Origin: an uncultured Gammaproteobacteria bacterium
GTDB lineage: Bacteria > Pseudomonadota > Gammaproteobacteria > CAWJOP01
Length of the DNA stretch: 64,000 bases
Direction: 5' to 3'
Assembly: GCA_963844535.1 (NCBI GenBank)
Contig: CAWJOP010000002.1
Span: forward strand, 238,013 to 302,012
In this document: positions 9,754 through 20,695 of the stretch, piece by piece
How the letters are laid out: every line of letters starts with the position of its first letter
How positions within the stretch are numbered: the stretch's first letter is position 1
Program-made: the position numbers and the translations under genes
The notes under the pieces: generated by a model
What the model was told of the DNA's origin: nothing
Database searches by the model: none
The model's input: only the letters and a program-made list of their open reading frames with translations

Positions 9754-11037
9754 ATGAAAAAAAATTTCTTTACATTTATTTTCTTGGGAACTTTAGTTTT
9801 TACAAATGTAGTTGCGGCAGAATCATCTGGCAATACGCAACCAGTACAAAATTTAAAGGCAGCGCCTGCTGGACTTACGCCTTCGACAATTCCTACAGGC
9901 AATGCATTATTTCCAGTGAATGGTGCCCCTCGTTCGTTAGTTACTCCGCCGCCGCCAGCTATTAATGCCACAGGATATATTTTACAAGACGCAGATAGTG
10001 GCGTAACACTAGCATCTTCTAACCCCGATAAGCGCTTAGCTCCAGCCAGTTTAACTAAAATTATGACTTCTTATATTGTTGCGGCAGCGGTGAAAGCTGG
10101 ACGTATTCACCCTGATGATCCAGTTACGATTAGTGAAAAAGCTTGGCGGATGGGTGGATCAAAAACATTTATAAAAATTGGCTCAATTGTATCAGTTAAA
10201 GATTTATTGCAAGGCATTATTGTTCAATCTGGCAATGATGCGTGTGTAGCAATGGCTGAATGTGTGGCAGGTAGTGAGGATGCTTTTGTGAATTTAATGA
10301 ATCAGCAAGCGGCGATCTTGGGAATGAAGAACACACATTTTACCGATAGCACTGGTATGCCTGATCCAAATCATTATACGACCCCGCGAGATATGGCCGT
10401 TCTTTCACGTGCTTTAATTCGTGATTTTCCAGAAGATTACAAGTGGTATTCGCAGAAGTGGTATGTGTATAACAATATTCGCCAACCTAATCGTAATCGG
10501 TTGTTATGGCGGGATTCGAGTGTTGATGGAATTAAAACAGGTCACACAGATGATGCGGGTTTTTGTTTAGTAGCTTCCGCAAAACGCAATAATATGCGTT
10601 TGGTATCTGTAGTTATGGGGTCGCCTAGCGATAATCAAAGAGCCAATGATAGTCAAGAACTTTTAAATTATGGATTTCGATTTTTTGAGACACATAAATT
10701 GTATGACGCAGGTAAGCCAATTGATTATGCACGAGTTTGGTTTGGTAAATCTAAAAAGATACCGATTGGTATGAGTTACGATTTAAGTGTCACTGTTCCA
10801 GTTGGGCAATTTAATCAAGTTAAAACTGAAAAAACTTTTGATATGAATCTCAAAGCGCCAGTGCAAAAAGGGCAAGTAGTTGGAACCATTAGCTTTTTAT
10901 TGAACAATAAAGTTTTGCTAAAGGAGCCATTGTCTGCGTTGCAAGAAGATCCAAAATCTGGCTTTTTTCGCCAGTTGTCTGAATACATCCGTTTAGGTCT
11001 TTATCGGTTATTAGGGGCTGGTGGGCCGACAGCGTGA
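9754..11037 (+). CDS. D-alanyl-D-alanine carboxypeptidase (PBP5/6, DacA/DacC family)
   Basis: PASLTK, SGNDA and KTG motifs; signal peptide. Confidence 0.93.
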   Translation: MKKNFFTFIFLGTLVFTNVVAAESSGNTQPVQNLKAAPAGLTPSTIPTGNALFPVNGAPRSLVTPPPPAINATGYILQDADSGVTLASSNPDKRLAPASLTKIMTSYIVAAAVKAGRIHPDDPVTISEKAWRMGGSKTFIKIGSIVSVKDLLQGIIVQSGNDACVAMAECVAGSEDAFVNLMNQQAAILGMKNTHFTDSTGMPDPNHYTTPRDMAVLSRALIRDFPEDYKWYSQKWYVYNNIRQPNRNRLLWRDSSVDGIKTGHTDDAGFCLVASAKRNNMRLVSVVMGSPSDNQRANDSQELLNYGFRFFETHKLYDAGKPIDYARVWFGKSKKIPIGMSYDLSVTVPVGQFNQVKTEKTFDMNLKAPVQKGQVVGTISFLLNNKVLLKEPLSALQEDPKSGFFRQLSEYIRLGLYRLLGAGGPTA

Positions 11038-11068
11038 GGTTTTTAAGTTTCCTATCACCTCTCCGCCT

Positions 11069-11129
11069 GTGAGGCCGTCATTGCGAGGCTTGCGTTGTTT
11101 GCAAGCCGCGGCAATCCAGCAAAGAAATT
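11069..11129 (+). repeat. CGTC-type REP, left half only (full copy at 29944)
   Basis: GTGAGGCCGTCATTGCGAGGCTTGCGTTGTTTGCAAGCCGCGGCAATCCAGCAAAGAAATT nearly identical to 29950-30010. Confidence 0.85.
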
Positions 11130-11261
11130 AGCTATTTAAAATTATTTGGTTTTGTTCCTGATCCTGCTTTAGAGCGGTTTGTTAAGCAGCAGTCTGAGGC
11201 TAACCAGAAGCATGTTGGACTAGGATGTGTGCAACAGTAATTACCTCTCGATAAAATAGCC

Positions 11262-11693
11262 CTATTTTAATAAGCTAATAACCCCTACGCCCATGATGAT
11301 TAATCCCCCGCCAATAATGACTCCAGGAGTTAAATAATTATCTTTAAACAGAAGAAAACTAAATAAAATTGTGAATAAGGGATAAGATTCTTCAATTAAT
11401 GCAGCGAATGTAGCATTCTTTGCTTGGATAGAAATGGCGATGAAGAAGTTTCCTAGAGTCGCTGCAGCTAAACCGGCTAATAAAATATATTGTATAGTTC
11501 GATTCTGAGAAATAGTTGCTACGTCTTCTTTTAATCGAAAAACATAGGCTAATCCAGTAAATAAAATTGCGCCCGCCCATGCTTGAGCCGCCAATAAAGT
11601 TAATGGAGATATTTGGTGTTTGAAAATTTTTTCATCTAGAGAATAATTTAATCCCCAGGTGATGGCAGCCATCAATGCATAAATTAACCACAT
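11262..11693 (-). CDS. EamA/DMT family small transporter
   Basis: 143 aa, about 5 hydrophobic helices, ESYPLFTILFS. Confidence 0.8.
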   Translation of the reverse strand: MWLIYALMAAITWGLNYSLDEKIFKHQISPLTLLAAQAWAGAILFTGLAYVFRLKEDVATISQNRTIQYILLAGLAAATLGNFFIAISIQAKNATFAALIEESYPLFTILFSFLLFKDNYLTPGVIIGGGLIIMGVGVISLLK

Positions 11694-11708
11694 ATTTTTC
11701 CTAGTTTG

Positions 11709-13340
11709 TTACATTTCGTTGTAATTTGGTCCATCTCCGCCTTCTGGAGGTTCCCAATTAATATTTTGTGTTGGATCTTTGATATCACAGGTTTTGCAAT
11801 GTAAACAATTTTGTTCGTTGATTTGTAAATAAGCTTGTCCATGTGCGTCTTTGAGAATTTCGTAGACATTAGCTGGGCAGTAATATTGTTCAGGTGACTG
11901 ATAAAGCGCTAAATTAACATCTAAAGCTAGTTTGGGATTTTTAAGTTTGATGAAATTAGGTTGGTTTTCTTTATGGTTGGTATTTGAAAGATACACTGAA
12001 GAAAGTTTATCAAAGGTTAATTTGCCATCTGGCGCTGGATAAGTTGGCATCCGACAATTTTTAGCTAATTTAAGTGAGAGATAATCTGCACGATTTCTAA
12101 GTGTCCAAGGAACTTTGCCTTTGAGTAAAAAACTATCTATAGCTGCATAAGCAAGGCCAAGCCAACGTCCGCCATAATGAAATGCAGGGCGAATATTGCG
12201 AACTTGATTCAGCTCTTGCCATAGCCAAGTTTTTTTAAGGTTAGTTTGATAATCGAGTGTTTGGCCAGGAAGGTTTGCAGACAGTGCAGCAAAAACTGTT
12301 TCAGCTGCAACCATTCCAGATTTCATCGCAGTATGTGAACCTTTAATTTTTAGCACATTTAAAAAACCTGCAGCGTCACCCATAATAAGTCCGCCAGGGA
12401 CTGCTAAATTTGGCAATGATTGAATTCCACCTTCAATTAAGGCTCTTGCTCCGTAAGCAATGCGGTTACCGTTTTCAAAGTAAGATCTAATTTTGGGATG
12501 AGTTTTAAATTTTTGTAATTCTTCAAATGGATTTAAATAAGGATTCTGATAATCTAAGCCAACCACAAAACCAACAGCAATTTGTTGATGATCAAGATGA
12601 TAAATGAAGGAGCCTCCGTAGGTTTTTTGATCAAGTGGCCAGCCAATGGTATGAATAACTTTGCCAGGTTGGTGGCGAGGATTATCAACCTCCCATAATT
12701 CCTTTATTCCTAGCCCATAAGTTTGCGGATCGCTGTTTTCGGTTAGTTTGAATTTTTCGATCAACTGTTTGGTTAATGATCCTCTACAGCCTTCGGCAAA
12801 TAAAGTATATTTTGCGCGAATTTCAATTCCTGGTTGGTAACGATTTGTGTGTTCTCCTTGTTTATTAATCCCTATATCCTTAGTAGCAACACCAATTACC
12901 TCATCTTGTTGGTTATATAAAATTTCGTTAGCTGGAAATTCTGGAAAAATTTCAACAGCTAGTTTTTCTGCTTCGTTAGCTAAAAAGCGGCACAGTTTGC
13001 CGAGGCTAATAATATAGTTCCCTTTGTTGTGTAACAGTTTAGGGATAGGTAGTTTCCAGGACTTCTTTTCGGTCAGTAGTAAAAATTCATCTTCTAGTAC
13101 TGCTGTTTGTATTGGGGTATCTAATGTTTGCCATGAGGGAATGAGTTCATTAAGGGCAGTAGGCTCAAATACAGCGCCTGATAGAATATGGGCGCCAACG
13201 GTTGCGCCTTTTTCAAGAATACAAACTCGAATATCTTGTTGGTGTTGATAGGCTAGTTGTTTAAGGCGAATGGCAGCAGCTAAGCCAGCAGGCCCTGCAC
13301 CGACAATAACCACATCAAAATCAACGAATTCACGTTCCAT
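11709..13340 (-). CDS. ETF-ubiquinone oxidoreductase
   Basis: GAGPAGL, HILSGA, EGCRGSL, CLHCKTCDIKDP; true start MEREF at 13340 (the ORF-track extension overlaps etfB). Confidence 0.95.
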   Translation of the reverse strand: MEREFVDFDVVIVGAGPAGLAAAIRLKQLAYQHQQDIRVCILEKGATVGAHILSGAVFEPTALNELIPSWQTLDTPIQTAVLEDEFLLLTEKKSWKLPIPKLLHNKGNYIISLGKLCRFLANEAEKLAVEIFPEFPANEILYNQQDEVIGVATKDIGINKQGEHTNRYQPGIEIRAKYTLFAEGCRGSLTKQLIEKFKLTENSDPQTYGLGIKELWEVDNPRHQPGKVIHTIGWPLDQKTYGGSFIYHLDHQQIAVGFVVGLDYQNPYLNPFEELQKFKTHPKIRSYFENGNRIAYGARALIEGGIQSLPNLAVPGGLIMGDAAGFLNVLKIKGSHTAMKSGMVAAETVFAALSANLPGQTLDYQTNLKKTWLWQELNQVRNIRPAFHYGGRWLGLAYAAIDSFLLKGKVPWTLRNRADYLSLKLAKNCRMPTYPAPDGKLTFDKLSSVYLSNTNHKENQPNFIKLKNPKLALDVNLALYQSPEQYYCPANVYEILKDAHGQAYLQINEQNCLHCKTCDIKDPTQNINWEPPEGGDGPNYNEM

Positions 13341-13421
13341 AAAAACTCCATTATTATTGACGTTAACTTTAAGACAAGACAATATACAGCAAATTTGAAA
13401 AAGGACTAAAACGGAAACTTT

Positions 13422-14174
13422 ATGAAAATCCTTGTTGCGACCAAAAGAGTAGTTGACTATAACGTTAGGATTCGCATCAAACCTGATCATTCAGGCATTG
13501 ATTTAACCAATCTTAAAATGTCAATGAATCCTTTTGATGAAATTGCTTTAGAACAAGCAGTTCGTTTGAAGGAAGCAGATGTTGCCTCTGAAGTCATTGC
13601 GGTTTCATTGGGAACTAGTGAGTGTCAAGAAGTGTTACGTTCTGCATTAGCACGCGGGGCTTGTCGTGCTGTTTTAGTTGAAACAGCAGTAGAGCTCCAG
13701 CCTTTAGCGGTTGCAAAGTTATTAAAAGTTATTGTAGAACGGGAGAAACCACAGCTAGTTATTTTAGGGAAACAGGCAATTGATGATGATAGTAATCAAA
13801 CGGGACAAATGTTAGCTGCTTTACTCAATTGGCCGCAAGGTACATTTGTCTCTGAATTGAAATGGCTGAAGAACCAAGTTGAAGTCACGCGTGAAGTTGA
13901 TGATGGACTTGAAATATTAAATATTGATTTGCCAGCAGTGTTAACTGTAGATCTTCGTTTGAATGAACCTCGGCATATTTCTTTGCCTAACATTATGAAA
14001 GCTAAGCAAAAAACCATTGAAACAATTCAAGCAGAAGAATTAGGAGTAGATATTAATCCTCGGTTAATGTCGCTTGAAACCACTCCTCCGCTACCAAGAA
14101 TAGGTGGGGTGCGTGTTGAAACAGTCAAAGAGCTAGTTGCAAAACTCAAAGAACTCCAAGTACTTCCTGTATGA
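13422..14174 (+). CDS. etfB: Electron transfer flavoprotein beta subunit
   Basis: KRVVDYNV, SMNPFDEIA, GKQAIDDD. Confidence 0.96.
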   Translation: MKILVATKRVVDYNVRIRIKPDHSGIDLTNLKMSMNPFDEIALEQAVRLKEADVASEVIAVSLGTSECQEVLRSALARGACRAVLVETAVELQPLAVAKLLKVIVEREKPQLVILGKQAIDDDSNQTGQMLAALLNWPQGTFVSELKWLKNQVEVTREVDDGLEILNIDLPAVLTVDLRLNEPRHISLPNIMKAKQKTIETIQAEELGVDINPRLMSLETTPPLPRIGGVRVETVKELVAKLKELQVLPV

Positions 14175-15112
14175 AAGCGCTCATTATTGCTGAACATGAT
14201 GGACAACATTTGAAATCTTCAACTCGCTCTGTGTTAACTGCAGCAGCAGAGCTTTGTAATGATCTTGTTGTACTGGTTGCTGGTCATGATTGTGAAAAGG
14301 TAGCGCTGGAAGCAAGTCGTTTTGGTGGGGTTAAAAAAGTACTGTTGGCTCAAGCCCCTTTTTATCAGCGAATTTCTGCTGAAGACCTTAGTGAGCTCGT
14401 ATTAAAAATTGTTGAAGATTTTCAGTATGTGTTGACGCCAGCAACTACTTTCGGTAAGAATTTTCTCCCACGAGTAGCCGCCAGACTTGATGTAGCGCAA
14501 GTTTCTGATGTGGTTAAAATCATTTCTCCTCGTACATTTGTTAGGCCTATTTATGCAGGTAACGCTTATCAAACTGTTGAATTGAATGAACGAATTTATG
14601 TGCTCACTATTCGAACTACTGCTTTTAAAGCAGCTATTTTAGGTGAGCAGAGTGCAGAAATTGAAGCGATGGCACCGTTGGAACCTATTAAGACGGTTAA
14701 GTTTATTCGGCATGAACAAAGCGTTGCGAAGCGCCCTGATTTAACCCAGGCACGTGTAGTGGTAGCAGGAGGTCGAGGTTTGCAGAGTAAAGAAAATTTT
14801 CAGCTGATTGAACAATTGGCAGACAAGTTAGGCGCCGCTATTGGTGCTTCACGTGCTGCGGTAGATGCGGGATTTATTTCTAATGATTATCAAGTGGGGC
14901 AAACCGGTAAAATTGTCGCTCCTGAACTTTATATTGCTATTGGTATTTCAGGAGCGATTCAGCATTTGGCGGGCATGAAAGACAGTAAAGTCATTGTGGC
15001 GATCAATAAAGATGGCAATGCCCCCATTTTTCAGGTAGCAGATTACGGACTTGTTGGGGATCTATTTAAAATTATTCCCGAATTTTGTAAGGAACTTGAA
15101 CAACCAACTTAG
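14171..15112 (+). CDS. etfA: Electron transfer flavoprotein alpha subunit
   Basis: RPIYAGNA, GGRG, GASRAAVD, QVGQTGK, GISGAIQHLAGMKDS. Confidence 0.96.
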   Translation: MKALIIAEHDGQHLKSSTRSVLTAAAELCNDLVVLVAGHDCEKVALEASRFGGVKKVLLAQAPFYQRISAEDLSELVLKIVEDFQYVLTPATTFGKNFLPRVAARLDVAQVSDVVKIISPRTFVRPIYAGNAYQTVELNERIYVLTIRTTAFKAAILGEQSAEIEAMAPLEPIKTVKFIRHEQSVAKRPDLTQARVVVAGGRGLQSKENFQLIEQLADKLGAAIGASRAAVDAGFISNDYQVGQTGKIVAPELYIAIGISGAIQHLAGMKDSKVIVAINKDGNAPIFQVADYGLVGDLFKIIPEFCKELEQPT

Positions 15113-15126
15113 AATTTGGAGTAATT

Positions 15127-16245
15127 ATGTTAATTGGCGTACCAAAAGAAATTAAAAACCATGAATATCGTGTTGGGTTGGCCCCAGCTAGTGTTCGTGA
15201 GCTTATTACCCATGGACATTCAGTCGTAGTTCAGTCAGGCGCTGGCGCAGGGATTAGCGTGGGTGACGAACACTATAAAGCAGTTGGTGCAACTTTGGTT
15301 GCTGATGCTAAGCAGATATTTCAGTCAGCGGAGATGATTGTTAAGGTTAAAGAACCACAGCCAGAAGAATGTTTGATGTTACGCGAAGGGCAAATTATTT
15401 TTACCTATTTACATCTTGCTCCAGATCCTGCCCAAGCCCGTTTGTTATGTGACTCAGGTTGTATTGCTATCGCTTATGAGACAGTTACCGATGATCAAGG
15501 GGGACTACCCTTATTAGCGCCAATGAGTGAAGTAGCAGGGCGAATGTCGATTCAAGCAGGCGCTCGCAGCCTAGAAAAATCGCAAGGTGGGCGTGGTGTG
15601 TTGCTTGGTGGTGTTCCAGGTGTTGAAGCAGCGCGAGTGGTAGTGATAGGTGGTGGGGTAGTGGGTACGAATGCAATTCGCATGGCCATGGGCATGGAAG
15701 CACAGCTTACTGTGTTAGATAGATCATTGCGTCGTTTAAAAGAGTTAGATTTGCAATTTGGTTCTAAAATTAGCACAGTTTATGCAACATCAGATGCGAT
15801 AGAAAGATATGTAGCAGAAGCAGATTTAGTGATTGGTGCAGTGTTAGTGCCTGGTGCGGCAGCACCAAAATTGGTGAGTAAAGAATTGTTGTCGCGTATG
15901 CAGCCTGGCTCAGTGGTAGTCGATGTGGCCATTGACCAGGGTGGGTGTTTTGAAACGAGTCATCCGACTACACATACCGAACCAACTTATATTATTGATA
16001 ATGTAGTGCATTATTGTGTAACTAATATGCCAGGCGCTGTTCCACGAACAGCTACCTTTGCTTTGAATAATGCAACTTTGCCTTTTATTATGGAATTAGC
16101 CAATAAGGGCTATAAGGCTGCATTATTAGAAAATCATCATTTGTTAAATGGGTTGAATGTGTATCATGGACAGGTAACCCACCAAGTGGTGGCAAGAGAT
16201 CTTGAGCGGGATTATTTGGCGGCGAGAGATGCATTGTTGGGATAG
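15127..16245 (+). CDS. ald: Alanine dehydrogenase
   Basis: [39 protein letters not shown]. Confidence 0.96.
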   Translation: MLIGVPKEIKNHEYRVGLAPASVRELITHGHSVVVQSGAGAGISVGDEHYKAVGATLVADAKQIFQSAEMIVKVKEPQPEECLMLREGQIIFTYLHLAPDPAQARLLCDSGCIAIAYETVTDDQGGLPLLAPMSEVAGRMSIQAGARSLEKSQGGRGVLLGGVPGVEAARVVVIGGGVVGTNAIRMAMGMEAQLTVLDRSLRRLKELDLQFGSKISTVYATSDAIERYVAEADLVIGAVLVPGAAAPKLVSKELLSRMQPGSVVVDVAIDQGGCFETSHPTTHTEPTYIIDNVVHYCVTNMPGAVPRTATFALNNATLPFIMELANKGYKAALLENHHLLNGLNVYHGQVTHQVVARDLERDYLAARDALLG

Positions 16246-16284
16246 GGTCAGTCAGAACAATCGTGCCAGAATTGAAGCAACGTA

Positions 16285-16538
16285 GAAGTTAAACTAGGCG
16301 TCCCCTCTCCCAGCCCGAGTGTTGAAAAGCGTTGTGATCTGCTTCTGGGAGAGGGTCAGGGTGAGGGAAAGTGAATCAACTTCGCTATCTGTTCTGTTGC
16401 CGTTTTCCGCGGTCTTTTTAGCGGGATTTATGATTACATTGCCCTGTGGTTTTCCCTCACCCTGACCCTCTCCCAGGATAAAGTTAGCAGATTTTATTCG
16501 CTTTGGGGCTGGGAGAGGGGACGCTTAGTTTTAACTTC
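16285..16538. mobile_element. Non-autonomous BoxC-like palindromic element, copy 1 (internal-deletion derivative of the DUF559 element)
   Basis: Inverted arms ...GTCCCCTCTCCCA-loop-TGGGAGAGGGTCAGGGTGAGGG; 86-bp core matches the ends of the DUF559 gene region; preceded by CAATCGTGCCA shared with copy 2. Confidence 0.85.
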
Positions 16539-16575
16539 GTTTTTAATTTATTCAACAAAGCCGAAGGAACTTTCA

Positions 16576-17961
16576 ATGCTAGCGTGTTATACAACAGCCT
16601 CCCATGAGGAGGCCATTCCGATTGTTCCAATTGTGCAAAAGGATTTTGCTGCTTGGCTGGCGACTCAGGATGATTTTCTCAAGGATTGGGTGAATCGACT
16701 AGGGTTTATTGCTAAGCCAGAAACATTTTGTTGGATTCCTAGCCCTAACTCTTCTCAAATTCAGCAAGCATTAATTGGTATTAATGATCCAGCAGATTTT
16801 TGGCCCTGGGGTATTTTGCCATTTAATCTGCCTAAAGGGATATATCGGGTGGATGGTGTTCATCATGCAGGTTATATATCAAAAGCAGCTATGGCTTGGG
16901 GACTTGGTGCCTATGAATTTACGCGGTATAAAAAACCAACAAAACCTGCTGCGCAGCTAGTAATTCCGGAAAATAGTGAACAGAAGTTATTCCCGTTAGT
17001 TAAGGTGGCATACCTTATCAGAGATTTGATTAATACCCCTGCTGAAGATATGGGGCCTGCTGAATTAGCGGATGCGGCTTGGTTGGTGGCTGATCCATTT
17101 GGTGCAACGGTTGATCAAATTGTGGGTGATGAATTAATTGAGAAAAATTATCCAGCAATTCATATGGTAGGAAGAGCAAGCAGCAGAGCGCCACGTTTAA
17201 TTGATTTACGTTGGGGCGATCCCAATCACCCACGTGTGACGTTAGTTGGCAAAGGTGTTTGCTTTGATAGTGGAGGTTTAGATTTAAAATCTGCGATTGG
17301 AATGGCATTAATGAAGAAAGACATGGCGGGCGCTGCTCATGCGCTGGGGCTAGCTTATCTCATTATGTCGATGTCTTTACCGGTTTGTTTGCGTGTGTTG
17401 ATTCCGGCCGTGGATAATGTGGTTTCAGGAAATGCTTATCGTCCAGGCGATATTATTGTTACTCGTAAAGGGTTATCGGTTGAAGTAAATAATACTGATG
17501 CAGAAGGCCGGTTGGTGGTGGCCGATAGTTTAACCGAAGCAGCAAGTGAGCATCCTGAACTTTTATTCGATTTTACTACGCTAACTGGCGCAGCACGTAT
17601 TGCTTTGGGGCCAGATATTACTGCAATGTTTTGTAACGATCGAACATTGGCGCAAAGCTTACTCAAGCATGCAGAAAATACCCAAGATCCTATCGTTGAA
17701 TTACCGCTTTATAAACCTTATCGGAAGTATTTAGAAAGCAAAGTTGCTGATCTGCATAATGCGTCAGAGATTCCTTATGGTGGGGCAATTACTGCAGGAT
17801 TGTTTTTGCGCGAGTTTGTTCCAAATCAAATTTCATGGGCACATTTTGATTTGATGGCTTGGAATTTGGCATTACAGCCTTCTCGTCCTGAAGGTGGAGA
17901 AGCCATGGCTGTTTGGGCAGTGTGGGATTATTTAGCTACGCGATTTGGCTTGCCGGGGTAA
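16576..17961 (+). CDS. Leucyl aminopeptidase (M17 family)
   Basis: GKGVCFDSGG, MKKDMAG, NTDAEGRL, TLTGA. Confidence 0.93.
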   Translation: MLACYTTASHEEAIPIVPIVQKDFAAWLATQDDFLKDWVNRLGFIAKPETFCWIPSPNSSQIQQALIGINDPADFWPWGILPFNLPKGIYRVDGVHHAGYISKAAMAWGLGAYEFTRYKKPTKPAAQLVIPENSEQKLFPLVKVAYLIRDLINTPAEDMGPAELADAAWLVADPFGATVDQIVGDELIEKNYPAIHMVGRASSRAPRLIDLRWGDPNHPRVTLVGKGVCFDSGGLDLKSAIGMALMKKDMAGAAHALGLAYLIMSMSLPVCLRVLIPAVDNVVSGNAYRPGDIIVTRKGLSVEVNNTDAEGRLVVADSLTEAASEHPELLFDFTTLTGAARIALGPDITAMFCNDRTLAQSLLKHAENTQDPIVELPLYKPYRKYLESKVADLHNASEIPYGGAITAGLFLREFVPNQISWAHFDLMAWNLALQPSRPEGGEAMAVWAVWDYLATRFGLPG

Positions 17962-17988
17962 TTTATCCACCTTGTAGTTTGCCCTATA

Positions 17989-18142
17989 GCCTACGTGCCG
18001 CGGCTTGTCCGCGGCATCCATTATCAATCTTAAATTAAACTAAATCTTTTTGTACAAGTCACTCACGCCATTAAGTTTATTTCTATCTATATGATAAACC
18101 AGCATTCAATTGGATGCCGCGGACAAGCCGCGGCACGTAGGC
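17989..18142. repeat. GTAG-type REP doublet (REPIN-like)
   Basis: GCCTACGTGCCGCGGCTTGTCCGCGGCATCCA ... TGGATGCCGCGGACAAGCCGCGGCACGTAGGC perfect inverted pair. Confidence 0.9.
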
Positions 18143-18183
18143 AGTAAAGCTGCTCAACGAGAAAAAATAGCACTAGCTGTGAT

Positions 18184-18831
18184 TCATACCCAATAAGCTG
18201 TAGTCGTCATAACTTTAGCAGTTGTTTTCATAAGTAGTTGTATCCAGCGTGATGGTGTTTTTCCGCCAGATTTTAGTGCTTTTGTGGCATGTTGTTCTTC
18301 ATCGATACGCATTTGTTCAAGAATTTTGCGGCTGCGTAAATCTTTAGGCGGCAATTCATTGAGATGGCTTTCAAGATGCTTCATTACTTGATGTTCAGTT
18401 TCAGCGACAAATCCTAAGTTAAGTTGATTGGGTAGTAAGCCGAATACTGTGCCAATTAAAAAGGAACCACAGTACCATAAAAAATTTAAGTAACTAGGAT
18501 GGCTATTCAATTCGTTGAGTCTATCTTGACACCAGATTAAGTGATCGATTTCTTCTTGTGCGGCTTCAAGCAAAAGCTTTCGAGCATGAGGGTCGCGCGC
18601 CGCAAGCGCTTGCCCTTGATACAATGCTTGTGCACAGATTTCGCCAGCATGATCGACGCGCAAAAGAGCAGCAGATTTTTTTTTATCAGTTGAAGTTAAA
18701 GCGCTTTCGGTAACTTGCTGAGCTGGATTGGGCCTGCAAGGGGCCGTTTGCTGTAAAATGGCTTTTAACCCATGATCAAAACTGATGAGCCATTGGTCTA
18801 AATTGGAAAAATTTCGAGTATTGGCGAGCAT
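18184..18831 (-). CDS. coq7: Demethoxyubiquinone hydroxylase (di-iron)
   Basis: RVDHAGEICAQALYQGQ, EEIDHL, ETEHQV..HL, DEEQH. Confidence 0.95.
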   Translation of the reverse strand: MLANTRNFSNLDQWLISFDHGLKAILQQTAPCRPNPAQQVTESALTSTDKKKSAALLRVDHAGEICAQALYQGQALAARDPHARKLLLEAAQEEIDHLIWCQDRLNELNSHPSYLNFLWYCGSFLIGTVFGLLPNQLNLGFVAETEHQVMKHLESHLNELPPKDLRSRKILEQMRIDEEQHATKALKSGGKTPSRWIQLLMKTTAKVMTTTAYWV

Positions 18832-18898
18832 TTCTTTTCTAATTTGTTTTTTAAAGATATAATGGCTGTAATTTTAATTGATTTTTGAATGTTCGTAT

Positions 18899-20281
18899 AT
18901 GAAAAAAATAGCTTTATCTTGCTTTGTTTCTCTGCTGATTTTATTTAGTCATTTAGCGACGGCAGCGCTTCCACAAGTTGTGAATAATCAGTCTATGCCA
19001 AGTCTTGCACCCATGCTGCAGAAAATTATGCCAGCAGTGGTGAATATTAAAGTTCAAGGGACAGCAGATGTTGCTGGTGGCGGATTGAATGACGAAGCTG
19101 CTGAAAATGGTGATAAAAATCAAAATAATGAAGGTAACAATAATCTGCCGCAACGTCGTTTTGAAGGGTTGGGGTCTGGTGTTATTGTCGATGCCGCGCA
19201 TGGTTATGTGGTGACTAATGCTCATGTGATTCGTAAAGCAAAAACCATTATGGTTATGTTAAGTGACGGGCGAAGTTTTAAGGCAAATTTGATTGGCGCT
19301 GATCCTCCGTCAGATATTGCATTGTTGCAAATTAAAGCAACAGGTCTTACTGAATTACCATGGGGAAATTCAGATCTTTTAAAAGTTGGTGATTTTGTAG
19401 CAGCTATTGGTAATCCATTTGGTCTTAATCAAACGGTTACTTTAGGTATTGCCAGCGCAATTCAGCGTAGTGGTTTAGGAATTGAAGGTTATGAAAGCTT
19501 TATTCAAACCGATGCGTCTATTAACCCAGGCAATTCTGGTGGCGCACTGATTAACTTAAAAGGGGAGTTAGTTGGTATTAATACCGCTATTTTAGGTCCT
19601 GCGGGTGGTAGTATTGGTATTGGCTTTGCAATTCCAGCCAATATGACGCGCAGTGTGATGGTACAGTTAATTAAATATGGTTCAGTTCGTCGTGGATTAA
19701 TGGGTGTTTTGTTACAAGACTTTACTCCTGAATTAGCTGGTGCTTTTCGTCTTCCGATGACAACTACAGGTGCATTGATCTCGATGGTTACTCCAGGATC
19801 CCCTGCTGAAAAAGCTGGATTTAAAGCTGGCGACGTGGTTCAACGTATTAATGGGGAACCCGTGAAGAATGCCTCACAAGTGAAAAATATTGTCGGTCTT
19901 TTACGAGTGGGGGCAAGAATTTCTCTTGATGTGTTACGTCAAGGAAAAGTGGTTAAAATTAACTTAGTGACACAAGATCCTGAACAGTATCAGCAAGCAA
20001 ACGAAGCAAAAAATCCATTTTTATACGGCACTGTTTTGAAAATTTTTGATCAACAGGTACCGGTGCAGGGGCGTATTATCGGCGTGTTAGTATTGCGTGT
20101 TGCGCAAAATACCGCTGCTTGGCATGGAGGATTACGTCCAGGCGATGTGATTGTTTCTGCTAATCAGCAACCGATTACTACATTAAATCAATTAGAAACT
20201 CTTTCTCAAAAGTCAGATAAGCAGTTGTTGTTAAATGTAATACGGCAAAGTGGCGCGTTGTTTGTGGTGATTAATCGCTAA
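18899..20281 (+). CDS. DegQ/DegP periplasmic serine protease
   Basis: TNAHV, IQTDASINPGNSGG, two PDZ domains; start MKKIAL at 18899. Confidence 0.93.
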   Translation: MKKIALSCFVSLLILFSHLATAALPQVVNNQSMPSLAPMLQKIMPAVVNIKVQGTADVAGGGLNDEAAENGDKNQNNEGNNNLPQRRFEGLGSGVIVDAAHGYVVTNAHVIRKAKTIMVMLSDGRSFKANLIGADPPSDIALLQIKATGLTELPWGNSDLLKVGDFVAAIGNPFGLNQTVTLGIASAIQRSGLGIEGYESFIQTDASINPGNSGGALINLKGELVGINTAILGPAGGSIGIGFAIPANMTRSVMVQLIKYGSVRRGLMGVLLQDFTPELAGAFRLPMTTTGALISMVTPGSPAEKAGFKAGDVVQRINGEPVKNASQVKNIVGLLRVGARISLDVLRQGKVVKINLVTQDPEQYQQANEAKNPFLYGTVLKIFDQQVPVQGRIIGVLVLRVAQNTAAWHGGLRPGDVIVSANQQPITTLNQLETLSQKSDKQLLLNVIRQSGALFVVINR

Positions 20282-20324
20282 GTTATAGCAATTTCATTTT
20301 CGGGGTTATTGCAAACTTTTTTCA

Positions 20325-20429
20325 ACGTACCGCGCTTTATGCGCGGTATCCAGAAAAACTTAAATTAGCAAAAAAATTTAATTTGATTTTCTAATGAAAT
20401 GGATGCCGCGGACAAGCCGCGGCACGTAG
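20325..20429. repeat. GTAG-type REP doublet with degenerate left arm
   Basis: ACGTACCGCGCTTTATGCGCGGTATCCA ... TGGATGCCGCGGACAAGCCGCGGCACGTAG. Confidence 0.85.
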
Positions 20430-20452
20430 ACTGTAGGTTATGCAAAAGGTCT

Positions 20453-20695
20453 CTATTCATAATTTTTATGTCGGCATGAATTAATTTTTCCACGAATATG
20501 TTTTGCATGCTCATCTGGATCGTTGGGTGTTGACCATATGGTGACACCACATCCCGTTCTATCTTTTAAAGGACATAGCAGCCTACCCCAACCATGACCA
20601 CAAGTTCCTAGCTTGCGACATCGCCATCCATGTTTTTCAGCAAATTTAATTGCTTCTTCAATTTCTTTGTTAGGGTGAGTTTTTCTTTTGGGCAT
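20453..20695 (-). CDS. Small HicA-like protein (orphan)
   Basis: HPNKEIEEAIKFAEKHGWR, GHGWGRLLCP, IWSTP pattern typical of HicA-like small proteins. Confidence 0.6.
   Translation of the reverse strand: MPKRKTHPNKEIEEAIKFAEKHGWRCRKLGTCGHGWGRLLCPLKDRTGCGVTIWSTPNDPDEHAKHIRGKINSCRHKNYE

Noticed and set aside
13341-13490. N-terminal extension of ETF-QO in the ORF track
   Set aside because: Overlaps divergent etfB; the conserved start MEREF is at 13340
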